DNA of 64,000 bases. Origin: a virus. Lineage: Duplodnaviria; Caudoviricetes. The stretch is taken from the IMG/VR virus record IMGVR_UViG_3300031665_000002, positions 981 to 64,980 of that record. One strand, 5' to 3'. Under the pieces are notes generated by a model. The model was given only the letters and a program-made list of their open reading frames with translations. It was not told the DNA's origin and searched no databases. Below are positions 25,896 through 35,691 of the stretch, in pieces. A program made the position numbers and the translations under genes. Numbering within the stretch: position 1 is the first letter of the stretch; every line of letters begins with the position of its first letter.

Positions 25896-27275
25896 CTATT
25901 CCGCAACAAGATTAACTGATTCCCCTCGGGAATCATCCCCTGTAAGCCCAAACTCGCGCAGAATCTCCCCAGGAACAAGACACTTTTCTGTACCAATTTG
26001 GGCCCCCCATTCACTCGGCCAATGTTTCTTGCCGCCATCCTTCCACGCTTTGACGCGAAACCGCCACCGCGTCAGCTCAAGCGAAAAAATGTCAGCTTCG
26101 AATTCAGCCAGAATGTCACCCGGAACCATGCAACCAGTTTTCCCAGGTTCTGGCCCCCATTCCGACGCGTTCCAAGCGAGATATTGCCCCGTGGCGGGAT
26201 TGTGGCGCTCATGCTCAGACAGCGCCATGTATTTGCGGTAATGCTCCATGCGAAAGCGCCACAGCTTAACGGCGCTATCCGCCTTTTGCACATCTTGTGG
26301 TGGGTCAAACTGACCTTCAAGCAACGCGTTAAACGTACTTTCCATGATCACCGCTTCAAGCGTTTTCGGATGCCATCCTGATCGTGTAGGAAAAACCGCA
26401 GACGCCAGCTTTTCAAGCCCGGCGCGCCATTCGGCAGGCTCGCGCTTAAACAAACCGTCAAGCAGCTTCGCACGCCTGACGGTGATCGTGCGGGCTCTAA
26501 GCATCCCGCAGCGCCCCGCGTGCTTGTTGTACAGCGCAACGGCCTCTTCGCGGCGACTGACGATAGACGCTTCTTTTCTGGCCTGCGCGGTTTGGGCTGG
26601 AGTCTGGGGCGTATCGACACCTAACCGCCCTTGCTTGCTACCCCGTGCCGCCTTTTCTTTTTCTGCCTGTTTGGCTTCATTATTTTTTTGCTGCTGCTGC
26701 CGCTGCAAGTGATCCGATTTAGGATCGCTTGTAGCAGCTTCAAAGGGGGACGTTCCAAGGGGAACGTTAAGTTGAGACTCTGGAGTCTCAACCGTTGAGA
26801 CTCTGGAGTCCCAACCGTTGGGACTCTGGAGTCTCAACGAGGATTCAGCCGTTTTTTCTGGATTCTCGTCGATTTCGTCGTCAAGTTGCGCGTCAATAAC
26901 GGCTTGTGACGGCTCGCCCCTTGCATCAAGTAAGACGCGGTAAACACAGATTGAGCGCATCCCCTTCTTTCTGCGTCCAGCATCAACCGCCGCCTGGTTG
27001 ATATCGCGCTTCTCAAGATATCCGCGCTTTTCGAGATTCCCTATGGAGCGATTAACGGAACGGCGAGCAACGCCCAGCTCCTCAGCCATTCGCGCTTGAT
27101 TGCGGAAACACCAGCCGTTTTGATCGGTATGACAGCCCAAAAGCGCCAATATGCGCAGATCAAGTGTTGTAAGGCTGGCGTCACAGACGGCCACAGCCGG
27201 AATAATAGAAAACCTCGGCCCCACAGCTACCCCCATTTTTCGGTTGCCATCGCCAAAGAAATCAACTAAACACAA
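25896..27275 (-). CDS. Replication initiator (lambda O-like, N-terminal winged HTH); start may be 27236
   Basis: RILALLGCHTDQNGWCFRNQARMAEELGVARRSVNRSIGNLEKRGYL; adjacent to dnaB; contains iterons. Confidence 0.8.
   Translation of the reverse strand: MCLVDFFGDGNRKMGVAVGPRFSIIPAVAVCDASLTTLDLRILALLGCHTDQNGWCFRNQARMAEELGVARRSVNRSIGNLEKRGYLEKRDINQAAVDAGRRKKGMRSICVYRVLLDARGEPSQAVIDAQLDDEIDENPEKTAESSLRLQSPNGWDSRVSTVETPESQLNVPLGTSPFEAATSDPKSDHLQRQQQQKNNEAKQAEKEKAARGSKQGRLGVDTPQTPAQTAQARKEASIVSRREEAVALYNKHAGRCGMLRARTITVRRAKLLDGLFKREPAEWRAGLEKLASAVFPTRSGWHPKTLEAVIMESTFNALLEGQFDPPQDVQKADSAVKLWRFRMEHYRKYMALSEHERHNPATGQYLAWNASEWGPEPGKTGCMVPGDILAEFEADIFSLELTRWRFRVKAWKDGGKKHWPSEWGAQIGTEKCLVPGEILREFGLTGDDSRGESVNLVAE
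26771..26838. repeat. Three tandem 22-bp palindromic iterons (putative replication origin)
   Basis: GTTGAGACTC-TG-GAGTCTCAAC x3 with a 23-bp period; one substitution each in units 2 and 3. Confidence 0.85.
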
Positions 27276-27332
27276 ATCTTCTTCGACGACTCAGCGGCGG
27301 CGTGCGCACCATGGCACGCCGCCTTTCCTTTT

Positions 27333-28784
27333 TTAGAACACCCTACCCGGCGCAAGATCACAAAACGAAGTTCGCGCGCCGTCGAAGCTCATCTTTACGG
27401 CACCAATTCCAGCATGGCGGTGCTTCGCTAAAATGACTTCAGCTACCCCGGTAACCTCAGCCATACGCACCGACCACGCTTGATATTTTTCAACGTCAGA
27501 CGGCGACGGTTCCGCCCGCTGAAGGTAATATTCCTCGCGGAAAACGAACATCACAACGTCTGCGTCTTGCTCAATCGCGCCGGACTCGCGCAAGTCGGAA
27601 AGCAGCGGGCGCTTATCCTCGCGCGATTCTACCTGCCGGGAAAGTTGGGAAAGCGCAATCACGGGGATTTTCAGTTCTTTGGCCAGCGCCTTCAATGCCA
27701 TGGATATTTCGCTAACTTCCGTAACCCGGTTTTCTCGCCGCTTTTGGCCGGTGATCATCAATTGCAGATAATCAACGACAATAAGCCGCGTATCAAAAAG
27801 GCGCTTGCGCCTTCTGGCGCGCGCCATTAGCTGGCCGATACTCAGCGAGCCGGTGCTGTCAATATGAAAGGGAAGCTTCGCGACCGTGCGCCCGGCTTCC
27901 ACCAATTGCCGGAACCCCTCTTCGCGAACATCTCCGCGACGCTGCCAATCAACAGGAATTCCCGTTTCAGCGGCAAGCTGGCGCTGCATCAATTGTTCGG
28001 CCGACATCTCCAGCGAATAGAACGAGACCTCACCCATTTTGCCAGCCTCGCCCTGCGCGCGCATCTTGTGGATGCCGAGCAAGCGCTTGGCGACAGAAAA
28101 GGCAATGTTCGCCGCAAGCGCAGATTTTCCCATGGATGGCCTACCGGCTATAATGTACAGATTTTCCGGTGATAAGCCGCCTAAAGCTTTATCAAGATCG
28201 GCAAAGCCGCTCGATAATCCGGCCAATTTTCCGTCATGGCGATATGCTGCATCTAGCTGCGCAATCGCCGCCTCGACCGCTTCGGGCGCTGTCATTTCAT
28301 GGGACGCATTCGCGCCATTGCCGCCAAGCGCAAACAGTTGGGTTTCAATGACATCAAGCAACTCTGCCGACGAGATCCCGCCAACGTCGCACGCCATTTC
28401 CGACGCCTCAGAAATCACGGTCAAAAGCTCGCGGCGCACCCACAAATCACGGATCGTTTGCGCGTAATCCCGAGCGTTTATTATGCTTGTTGCGTGAGAA
28501 ACCAAACGCCCCAGGTATTGAGCAACTGTGATGTTGCCAACGCTCTCGCCCTCGAATTGACTCTTTAGCGTCACCGGCGTTGATCGCGTACCGGCTACGA
28601 CATCGGCATATATGGCGGAAAATATGCGAGCGTGCAGCGGATCGTAAAAATGCTCCGCGCTAAGCGCGCCGCAACGGTCTAAGGCGTCGTTATTTATCAA
28701 GATCGCGCCAAGCAACGCTTGCTCAGCTTCGATGTTATGAGGATAAACCCGCGCTTCACGACTGGCCGCGACATCTGACATCAT
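27333..28784 (-). CDS. dnaB: Replicative DNA helicase DnaB
   Basis: PHNIEAEQALLG, IAGRPSMGKS, IVVDYLQLM, LSQLSRQVESREDKRP.LSDLRESGAIEQDAD. Confidence 0.97.
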   Translation of the reverse strand: MMSDVAASREARVYPHNIEAEQALLGAILINNDALDRCGALSAEHFYDPLHARIFSAIYADVVAGTRSTPVTLKSQFEGESVGNITVAQYLGRLVSHATSIINARDYAQTIRDLWVRRELLTVISEASEMACDVGGISSAELLDVIETQLFALGGNGANASHEMTAPEAVEAAIAQLDAAYRHDGKLAGLSSGFADLDKALGGLSPENLYIIAGRPSMGKSALAANIAFSVAKRLLGIHKMRAQGEAGKMGEVSFYSLEMSAEQLMQRQLAAETGIPVDWQRRGDVREEGFRQLVEAGRTVAKLPFHIDSTGSLSIGQLMARARRRKRLFDTRLIVVDYLQLMITGQKRRENRVTEVSEISMALKALAKELKIPVIALSQLSRQVESREDKRPLLSDLRESGAIEQDADVVMFVFREEYYLQRAEPSPSDVEKYQAWSVRMAEVTGVAEVILAKHRHAGIGAVKMSFDGARTSFCDLAPGRVF

Positions 28785-28868
28785 TTTTCCCCTTGCAAAG
28801 ACTCCGCAGAGCCATTATTACAAGGGGGCGACACAAGTTACCCCCTTGTTCGGCACAGACTCAGAGAT

Positions 28869-28893
28869 CAATGGCCAGCCCCCTGCTGGCCAT
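28869..28893. terminator. Hairpin, possible terminator
   Basis: AATGGCCAGC-CCCCT-GCTGGCCATT. Confidence 0.4.
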
Positions 28894-28900
28894 TACTGCT

Positions 28901-30328
28901 TTAAGACCCTATCGCAACCGTTTCTTTGGTCGAAACTGGAACATCAATAGAGCGCTGACGCTCTAGGCGATGTACAGCGCGATTGCGAAGGCGAACACCT
29001 GTAAAAACGTGAGTGCTAGGCCCACCATTAAAGCGCTTGCGGGTTTTCTGCCCCTTATAAGGGGCTTCAGCAACAAACACATTCAAAAGTGCCCCGAACG
29101 TTGTTCTATCAACGCCGCTTAGCTCATTATCTTGCGTCCATACCAAAAAAGCGCTCCATAGCGTTGCGGACGCTTCAAACGCGTCACTTTCCGGCGACAA
29201 ACACTCGCGCATAAAACGCCTAACTTGGCCCTCAGCGTCTTTCGCATAATCGGCCCCGCCCGGAATGCCAGAAATGCGCGCTGGTTCTGGTTCTCGTTTA
29301 GATGGAACCGCCACAACTTTCTGAGGCGCTTCGTTTTCACGGCTTTTCCGGGCAATCTCCGCCCTCATTTCCTCTTGAACCTCAGCTTCTAACATAGCGT
29401 TAATTTCATCATCACTAAGCGCTAAGGGTTCGTCACCATCTGACACGCGCTCCAACGCTGCCACATCGTCGCTAGTGGCGTATTCCGTGGGCTGGCGCAT
29501 CTCAACCCCACGAAACGAAGTCCGGGGATTGCGGGGCGTCCTATGGCCTTCTGATCGCTCGCCCCTGCCGTCCCACATGGTGAACGGCGCAACCGCCCGA
29601 CAGAAGAACAGAAACGCAATCACGCCAAGGCCGACGATCATTCGCGCCGTTTGTTGGGATGTGCCAAAAAGCTTGGAAATGTAAAGCGCGCGCGCGTCAG
29701 CCGCGCCAACATCGCCCAAAGGCTTAATTTGCACCGTGATTTCGCGTATGCGTGCTTGCGCGCCCTGCGTAGCCACCGCCTGCCCACGCTCCGCCACCGC
29801 CTCGGCGTAGCGCTCGCAAAGCTCCCGCGAAAGCTTCGCCGTGATCCATTCCGGCGTACATCCATGCGTTGACGCCCAGCGGGGATGTAGTTTTATCCCC
29901 GTTATATCGGAATCAATCGCCGCCAGCCCGCGCACGGCCCCGCCTTTCGTAATAGAGCTTTGCAAGCTTGCGCGTTCTGCCATCAGCGCCGCGCGGGCCT
30001 CAATCGTAATTTCGTTCTTGGCGGCGATACCCTCAAGAGTACCCGCCAGAAAGGCCAGCTCAAAAAGCAAAATCGTAACGGTGCTCGCCAAAACCAGGCC
30101 CGCCACATTCATCAAAAACGCCAAGCGGCGACGCTCGCGCCACAGATGCGCGCACCGATGCCACCCAATCATTTCCCAAGTAACGGCAGCCGCCCCCATG
30201 GCCGCCCAGATGCCAGCCTTCCACGCAGCGTCTGAAAATTGCAATCCCTGATAAATCGAAATCCCAAAAGAGGCCACCACACCAACAACAACAATCAGGA
30301 TTCCAAACGGGTTTATATTCCGCATCAC
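28901..30328 (-). CDS. Membrane protein with C-terminal D5/primase-type winged-helix-like domain
   Basis: Three N-terminal TM, coiled coil, TM at about 230-250, then FMRECL...LWSAFLVW..DN....DRTTFG.LL...F.GVRL. Confidence 0.65.
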   Translation of the reverse strand: MMRNINPFGILIVVVGVVASFGISIYQGLQFSDAAWKAGIWAAMGAAAVTWEMIGWHRCAHLWRERRRLAFLMNVAGLVLASTVTILLFELAFLAGTLEGIAAKNEITIEARAALMAERASLQSSITKGGAVRGLAAIDSDITGIKLHPRWASTHGCTPEWITAKLSRELCERYAEAVAERGQAVATQGAQARIREITVQIKPLGDVGAADARALYISKLFGTSQQTARMIVGLGVIAFLFFCRAVAPFTMWDGRGERSEGHRTPRNPRTSFRGVEMRQPTEYATSDDVAALERVSDGDEPLALSDDEINAMLEAEVQEEMRAEIARKSRENEAPQKVVAVPSKREPEPARISGIPGGADYAKDAEGQVRRFMRECLSPESDAFEASATLWSAFLVWTQDNELSGVDRTTFGALLNVFVAEAPYKGQKTRKRFNGGPSTHVFTGVRLRNRAVHRLERQRSIDVPVSTKETVAIGS

Positions 30329-30567
30329 CTGCCCTCTAAAAAAGCCGCCCCCGCCTCTTTTACCTCAACGCGCCAGCAGCGCGCCGCATCGTCGCGCCAT
30401 GGCTTAAGAAAAAAACCGGCATTACATGCCGCCCGATGCATCATCGGCCAAAGGCGGCGGCAATCAACCATTGAGATGCGCGCCAAGTCAAAATCCGTAA
30501 AAACAAGCACGTCTCCAACTTGGACCCGCGAGAAGTCAAATCCGCCATTCTTTATAAGCTCCGACAC
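30325..30567 (-). CDS. Hypothetical protein
   Basis: 80 aa; 4-nt overlap with the next gene. Confidence 0.55.
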   Translation of the reverse strand: MSELIKNGGFDFSRVQVGDVLVFTDFDLARISMVDCRRLWPMMHRAACNAGFFLKPWRDDAARCWRVEVKEAGAAFLEGR

Positions 30568-30677
30568 CAGACATTACCCCTAAAACGCGCCGCCAGAAAG
30601 GCGACAATAGCCGATTCGTCACGAAAAAGGCTCGACAGACGCCGAGCCCTTCCGCGACAGTGACGAATGCACAGGCG

Positions 30678-31532
30678 TTACCTGCCGATATTAACAACCT
30701 TTCCAACAAGCGGCGTTAATTCCGTTGCTTTGCCGATGGACTCAACTGCGGCAATAAAACGCTCTTTCTCCAGGGTCTCACGATCACGTATCTTGATGGC
30801 AAAACGCAATCCGTCAGTCTTACTAACGCGAAACCGAAGAAACACTTCAATCATTGATGGTTCTTCCCCGAAGAACACAGGGACATTCAAACGAAATACT
30901 TTCGGCACTTCGCCGCCCTGTTTCGTCGTCGCTTTTCCGGTTTCGACATATTGCAATGATACCATGCCGTTCTGCACGTTCGTCTTGGATTTGAATTCAA
31001 GACCTGAAGACATTTCAAGGTCGCTGGCAATCTCCATCATTGTTGCCGGTGCTGGCTCTGCAATATCGGTGTAAAATTCCTCTATAAACTCTGCAAACTC
31101 AGCTTGCGACATCGCCTTTTCATCAATGGCGCGCCAGCGCAGATACTGTTCGCTATAAACCGGAACATATTCCGCTCTATGTGTGCACATCCTTGGCGAG
31201 TCTGCGACGCCATCACTCGCCGGGTTGTGATAATCCAAAATGCAGCTAACGGACATCCCCCCTTTAACGCCCTGGCCAACAACATCAGCCAGCAAAAGCG
31301 GAGTCCCATCCACGCCCTTATACGCGTTAACGTACTCGCAAAATGACGCGACATCGCTAAAGCACACGGAGCCGCGAACATAGGGCGGGTAAGGCTCACC
31401 AAACGTATGAATCCTGTACCCATCAGGGACAAGCACAAAGCTGCTTCCATCTCCTAAAGAAGTTCGAGTCGTCGCCGCCGTCGCCGCATCTTTTGCAGCT
31501 TCAAATAAAGCGTCCAAACCTTCATCAGACAT
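30678..31532 (-). CDS. DUF2303 (YfdQ-like) phage protein
   Basis: ILDYH...HRAEY......W......MSQAEFAEFIE...DI..P...M.EIA..LE...F.S...NG...L.Y. Confidence 0.8.
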   Translation of the reverse strand: MSDEGLDALFEAAKDAATAATTRTSLGDGSSFVLVPDGYRIHTFGEPYPPYVRGSVCFSDVASFCEYVNAYKGVDGTPLLLADVVGQGVKGGMSVSCILDYHNPASDGVADSPRMCTHRAEYVPVYSEQYLRWRAIDEKAMSQAEFAEFIEEFYTDIAEPAPATMMEIASDLEMSSGLEFKSKTNVQNGMVSLQYVETGKATTKQGGEVPKVFRLNVPVFFGEEPSMIEVFLRFRVSKTDGLRFAIKIRDRETLEKERFIAAVESIGKATELTPLVGKVVNIGR

Positions 31533-31602
31533 TTTTCAAATTCCCTCGAATTGTTAATTGTTAATTGTTACCTGATGCCTACGCTACGCTACGCTTACAC
31601 CA

Positions 31603-31929
31603 TTAATCGCCGTTCGTATGTGCCAGACGCGGCGAACTGCCACCGGCGAACATGTCGCCCTGTTTTGGGTTTCGAAGCGACAATGAGCCGTCGTCGTCGC
31701 CGAACATCAACGCATTGCCAAGAGCGGGGCGAGGCGTTTTCACATCGCATACCATGCCGATTTCAAGGGCTCCATCGTCGCCCTTTTGTTCAATAGTCAG
31801 CTTCATAGTAAGCGCGCCCTTGCCGCCTGTGTCCTGAACGGCCTTCACGACCTCGGCAAGTGCTTCTGTCAGGGCGAGGCTGTAGCGCCCCCCGCGTAAA
31901 TCAACGATCACTTCATGAAATGGCCTCAT
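31603..31929 (-). CDS. YfdP-like partner of DUF2303
   Basis: LTEALAEVVKAV..TG.KG.LT.KLTI...LSLRNPKQ.DMF. Confidence 0.7.
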   Translation of the reverse strand: MRPFHEVIVDLRGGRYSLALTEALAEVVKAVQDTGGKGALTMKLTIEQKGDDGALEIGMVCDVKTPRPALGNALMFGDDDGSLSLRNPKQGDMFAGGSSPRLAHTNGD

Positions 31930-32294
31930 AATACCGTTCCTTTCAAAGCCAGCAAGATAACGCCAGCGCCACCCATTGACGCCAACAGACTACACCCCAG
32001 GAGAAACCTACTCCCCCAACCGTCCGTTGCGATTGCAGCCGAAAACAGCGCCAGCGCTACGGCAAATAGAACCGCGACAACCTGTAATTTTTCAGCCGTC
32101 GCCCTTGTGTAATTCCTCAATACTCCCATACGATCAATCACCGACGATTGCCCCTTAAGCTCAAGCGTCATGATTTTTAAATCAAGACGCGAGGCCCTGT
32201 TGTCATAGTCGTTTTGCACCATGAGAACAATTGCGAACGCACACGCAATCACCGCCCCATAGATCGCCCAAATATTCCGTGATTTCGCTTCCAT
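31926..32294 (-). CDS. Membrane hypothetical protein
   Basis: Three hydrophobic segments. Confidence 0.55.
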   Translation of the reverse strand: MEAKSRNIWAIYGAVIACAFAIVLMVQNDYDNRASRLDLKIMTLELKGQSSVIDRMGVLRNYTRATAEKLQVVAVLFAVALALFSAAIATDGWGSRFLLGCSLLASMGGAGVILLALKGTVL

Positions 32295-32315
32295 GATTAC
32301 CCCCGAATCTAGCCA

Positions 32316-32888
32316 TTATGGCGCATAAACTATCGTTGGTCGCCCGTTCTGTTTGTGGTCCCAGATATACCAACAATGATTTTCAGAAGGCCCGTTTCCG
32401 CTTGTGGATTCGAACCACACAATACGGCGCAATAAGACAATTTTTTTCGACCACGCCCGGCAATCGCGAAACAAGTGTGTTCGCCCGCTCGCCGAGTCAA
32501 AATCAGGCTTCAGCAACATAGCCACCCGGCCAAACCGGGGCTGCGTCAACTTAAGCGCGCGCTCGACAAACGCCACGGCCAAACGGCCTTGTATTCCATA
32601 CGGTGGATTAGTGACAATGGCGTCAAAACCAATATCGCCCGCTATGCATTCGTCGCCGCAAATGAAATCATAGGTGAAGGCGTCGTCAATCAATGGTTGT
32701 ACGTCGGACATAAATACTTTATGGCCAGCATCCGCGAGCGCGGCCCCCATCATCCCCTCACCGCAAGCCGGTTCCCAGATCGTTGACGGCCCGTTGTCAA
32801 AGTGCTGTATGAGCGCCTGCGTCACCCATGGCGGCGTAGGGTAGTGCTCGCGCTCGCGGCGCTCATATCCTGAAAATCTTTGTGCCAT
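32316..32888 (-). CDS. Putative N6-adenine DNA methyltransferase
   Basis: HYPTP, WEPACGEG (SAM-binding) and IVTNPPY (catalytic) motifs. Confidence 0.8.
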   Translation of the reverse strand: MAQRFSGYERREREHYPTPPWVTQALIQHFDNGPSTIWEPACGEGMMGAALADAGHKVFMSDVQPLIDDAFTYDFICGDECIAGDIGFDAIVTNPPYGIQGRLAVAFVERALKLTQPRFGRVAMLLKPDFDSASGRTHLFRDCRAWSKKIVLLRRIVWFESTSGNGPSENHCWYIWDHKQNGRPTIVYAP

Positions 32889-32911
32889 ATCCGTTACCCC
32901 CATTCTTTCGG

Positions 32912-33217
32912 CTAAACCAGTTTCACCGGCAACCCTAGCGTTTCTTGCGCAAGAGCTTGTTGCGAATCTCTTTCTGTTTCCATATGCGCCGCCAATTTCT
33001 CATGCAACTCAACCTCAGTTATAACCCCCTTCTCAATCAATAGAGCGCACAACGCCCCGAGGTCAGACATTGCGACATTAATTCCAACGCGCAAGTGCTT
33101 GGGTTTTTGATCGTCGGCACCCGGACGCAGCGCCACGCCGGTTTGCATGCCGTGTGCGGCGGCGTGATAACGCGCGGATGCCGCAGCAATTCTTGCCGCG
33201 TTTTCTTCATCGGTCAT
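32912..33217 (-). CDS. Hypothetical protein
   Basis: Start MTDEENA; HLRVGINVAMSD..AL..LLIEKGVIT. Confidence 0.6.
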   Translation of the reverse strand: MTDEENAARIAAASARYHAAAHGMQTGVALRPGADDQKPKHLRVGINVAMSDLGALCALLIEKGVITEVELHEKLAAHMETERDSQQALAQETLGLPVKLV

Positions 33218-33656
33218 CAGCGTTACCCCTAACCCCCATCGCATGCAGAACATCAGCACGCCCAAGCTTCACAAGAACCTTGGGCGTCGGCCAGAGCAAA
33301 GGCCGCCAGCAAACCGGATGGCTCCACAAGCTTTCGCCGTCCTTAGCAAAAACCCACTGGTGAGGATCGCGCCAGACATCGAAAAGCATAATTGCTAGCC
33401 AACCATCACCGGGCTTCACCCCCCTACCCGCCGAGGCTGGCGGATTGATGGCATGAACCCCAAACCCATGAACCGGCGAGCCATCTTGTGGTGCACACTC
33501 CATTGTCTGCCAGTCTTCATGGTCAAGCAGTGTGTAAAGCGTCTCTATGTCGGATTGCATTTGCTCAATAATTTTGCGAGCTTGAGCCGTGTCGCCGCTC
33601 GCAATGACGCTTGCTCGCAGCCTCTTCCAATCCCCCCGCGTTTTCTTCATCATCAT
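33207..33656 (-). CDS. DUF551-like protein
   Basis: WQTMECAPQDGS...HPVCWRPL. Confidence 0.6.
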   Translation of the reverse strand: MMMKKTRGDWKRLRASVIASGDTAQARKIIEQMQSDIETLYTLLDHEDWQTMECAPQDGSPVHGFGVHAINPPASAGRGVKPGDGWLAIMLFDVWRDPHQWVFAKDGESLWSHPVCWRPLLWPTPKVLVKLGRADVLHAMGVRGNADDR

Positions 33657-33658
33657 CG

Positions 33659-34774
33659 TTAAACCCTCATCGGCATAAGAACATAAAGCACACCATCATC
33701 ACCAGAATCTCTGATAACGGCGGGCGCTGAAGGTCCAGACATTGAAAACGTCACAAACTCCCCGCCAATCTGGGCGAGCAGATCGGCGATGTACCGCGCG
33801 TTAAACCCTATCTCAAGCGCTCCGCCTTCATAGGTAACCGGCAGACCTTCCACCGCGTCGGCGTTCGTGCCGCTTGCCCGTATCGTCAACTCATCATTCG
33901 ACACGCAAAACTTGACGGGAACACCCGAGGCGTCAGACACAACGGCTATGCGTCCAACGGCCTGCGAAAGCAACTCGCAATTAGCTTGCATGGGGTGGCC
34001 ATCTTCAGTCGGGATTACGCGCATGTAATCCGGGAAGGTTCCGTCAATGAGCTTTGACACAATGCAGATGTCGCCAAACGCAAGCCTTACCTTGTTTGGC
34101 GACATCTGCACGAGGATTTCACCGCGAACCCCGGTCAACAATTTAATGGCCTCGCGGACCATTTTTCGCGGAAGAATTACGCCGGGCATCTCTTGCGCGC
34201 CTTCTGGCAAGGGCACATCTTGGCGCGCAAGGCGGTGGCCATCTGTCGCGACGCCGCGCAGGCGCCAGCCGTTGTCCGTATCGGCGGCGTGCAAATAGAT
34301 GCCGTTAAGATAATAGCGGGTTTCGTCGGTTGACATTGCGACTTGAGCGCAATTGAAAACTGCCAGCAACTCAGAAACCGGCAATCTAAACCTATGCGGC
34401 ATGATGCCTAGACTCACGTCCGGAAAGTCTGTAACCGGCAAATAGAATAAATTGAACCTCGACCGGCCAGACTTGACGGAAACTCGCATTGCCTCCGGAT
34501 CATCGGCAAATGCTACCGTACCGCCGCCAGAAAACCGCCCAACAATCTCACGCAATGTGAATGCATGAAGCGTTACGGCCCCTGACTCTTCAACCTCACA
34601 CTCAACAAGCTCTGAGATTTCCATGTCAAGGTCAGTGGCTTTCAGCCTCAAGCCGTCGTCGCTGGCGTCAAGTACAACATTAGCCAAAATCGGAATGGTG
34701 TTGCGCTTTTCAACAACGCTGGTAACGCGCTGCAATGCCTTGAACAAGACATCTTTTTCAATCGTAAATTTCAT
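33659..34774 (-). CDS. dnaN: DNA polymerase III beta sliding clamp
   Basis: 371 aa; VEKRNTIPILANV, ATDLDMEI, STDETRYYLNGI, VATDGHRLA, SKLIDGTFPDY.RVIP, YVLMPMRV. Confidence 0.97.
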   Translation of the reverse strand: MKFTIEKDVLFKALQRVTSVVEKRNTIPILANVVLDASDDGLRLKATDLDMEISELVECEVEESGAVTLHAFTLREIVGRFSGGGTVAFADDPEAMRVSVKSGRSRFNLFYLPVTDFPDVSLGIMPHRFRLPVSELLAVFNCAQVAMSTDETRYYLNGIYLHAADTDNGWRLRGVATDGHRLARQDVPLPEGAQEMPGVILPRKMVREAIKLLTGVRGEILVQMSPNKVRLAFGDICIVSKLIDGTFPDYMRVIPTEDGHPMQANCELLSQAVGRIAVVSDASGVPVKFCVSNDELTIRASGTNADAVEGLPVTYEGGALEIGFNARYIADLLAQIGGEFVTFSMSGPSAPAVIRDSGDDGVLYVLMPMRV

Positions 34775-35409
34775 AGCTCACACGCCCTGCTTATTTTCAT
34801 GGAATCTTCGCCGCTAACGCTGCCAATGTACCGAAACACGGACGTTATGCTAGACAGCCCGAGCAATTCGCGCACAGCCTCAGCATTGCCGGTCTTTTGC
34901 ATAATATGCGCGGCGCGCGTGCGGCGTAGAGATTCTGTTCCGTAATCAGTTGGATCTAACCCAATCGCGGCGGCCCACTGCTTCACAAGGCGGCTGTATT
35001 GTCTGGGCGTAATGTTTGATTTGGTGGCGTGCCTGCCGGTGAAAATGTACTCTTTTCGCTTCTTATCCGTTAACGCTATCCACTCCGCCAGCGCACGCGC
35101 TGTATTGTCAGAGAGTGAACACTTTATAGAGCGCCCCAAGCTTGCCGATTTAACAGTTATGTTGTCAGCAACAACGCCCTTCACAAGAACATCTGAAACC
35201 CTCATAGAAAGCAAATCAGACGCATGAAGCATTGTATCAATTGCAGTGTTAAACAATGCTGCGTCTCTAATGTCTTTCCATTCATTCCCACCATAAAGAA
35301 ACGTTCTAATCTTAACTACTTGCTTATGAGTAAACGCCTTACGTTGACCAACGGTAACGCCCTTATTCCACGCAGACTTTTTAGCGTTTTTTGACGCTTT
35401 CTTTCTCAT
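34771..35409 (-). CDS. Tyrosine recombinase-family protein, catalytic residues degenerate
   Basis: WNKG..VGQ, RDAALFNTAID, RQYSR.VK.W...IGLDP..YGT.SLRRT, RY.G; R>H, H>E and H>L substitutions. Confidence 0.8.
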   Translation of the reverse strand: MRKKASKNAKKSAWNKGVTVGQRKAFTHKQVVKIRTFLYGGNEWKDIRDAALFNTAIDTMLHASDLLSMRVSDVLVKGVVADNITVKSASLGRSIKCSLSDNTARALAEWIALTDKKRKEYIFTGRHATKSNITPRQYSRLVKQWAAAIGLDPTDYGTESLRRTRAAHIMQKTGNAEAVRELLGLSSITSVFRYIGSVSGEDSMKISRACEL

Positions 35410-35457
35410 TTGATACCCCCTTGTTTGAGTCAATAGCTGACATATACGCCAAGTGTG

Positions 35458-35691
35458 TCAGCTAGTCAATTCGTGCTGTCTTACCCCAGATAAAACCCGG
35501 AACCGACTCAAGATCACCCGCCCAACAAGGATAACCCCATATCTGGCCAGCTCAACGGCCAGCCCGTTCTCTGCAACGGCCCTTGCGTCAAGGTCAATGC
35601 ACATTCCGTCTTCAAACTCATATGTGTTGGTTCCCGTGTCGCACCGGGATACTAAAACAAGTTTTGCAGATTCAACCCTCTTCACAGCCAC
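35458..35691 (-). CDS. Hypothetical protein
   Basis: 77 aa. Confidence 0.4.
   Translation of the reverse strand: MAVKRVESAKLVLVSRCDTGTNTYEFEDGMCIDLDARAVAENGLAVELARYGVILVGRVILSRFRVLSGVRQHELTS

Noticed and set aside
34771-35409. Integron integrase (IntI) or functional phage integrase
   Set aside because: Too short, no IntI-specific insertion recognised, three or more catalytic residues substituted, and no att/tRNA context.
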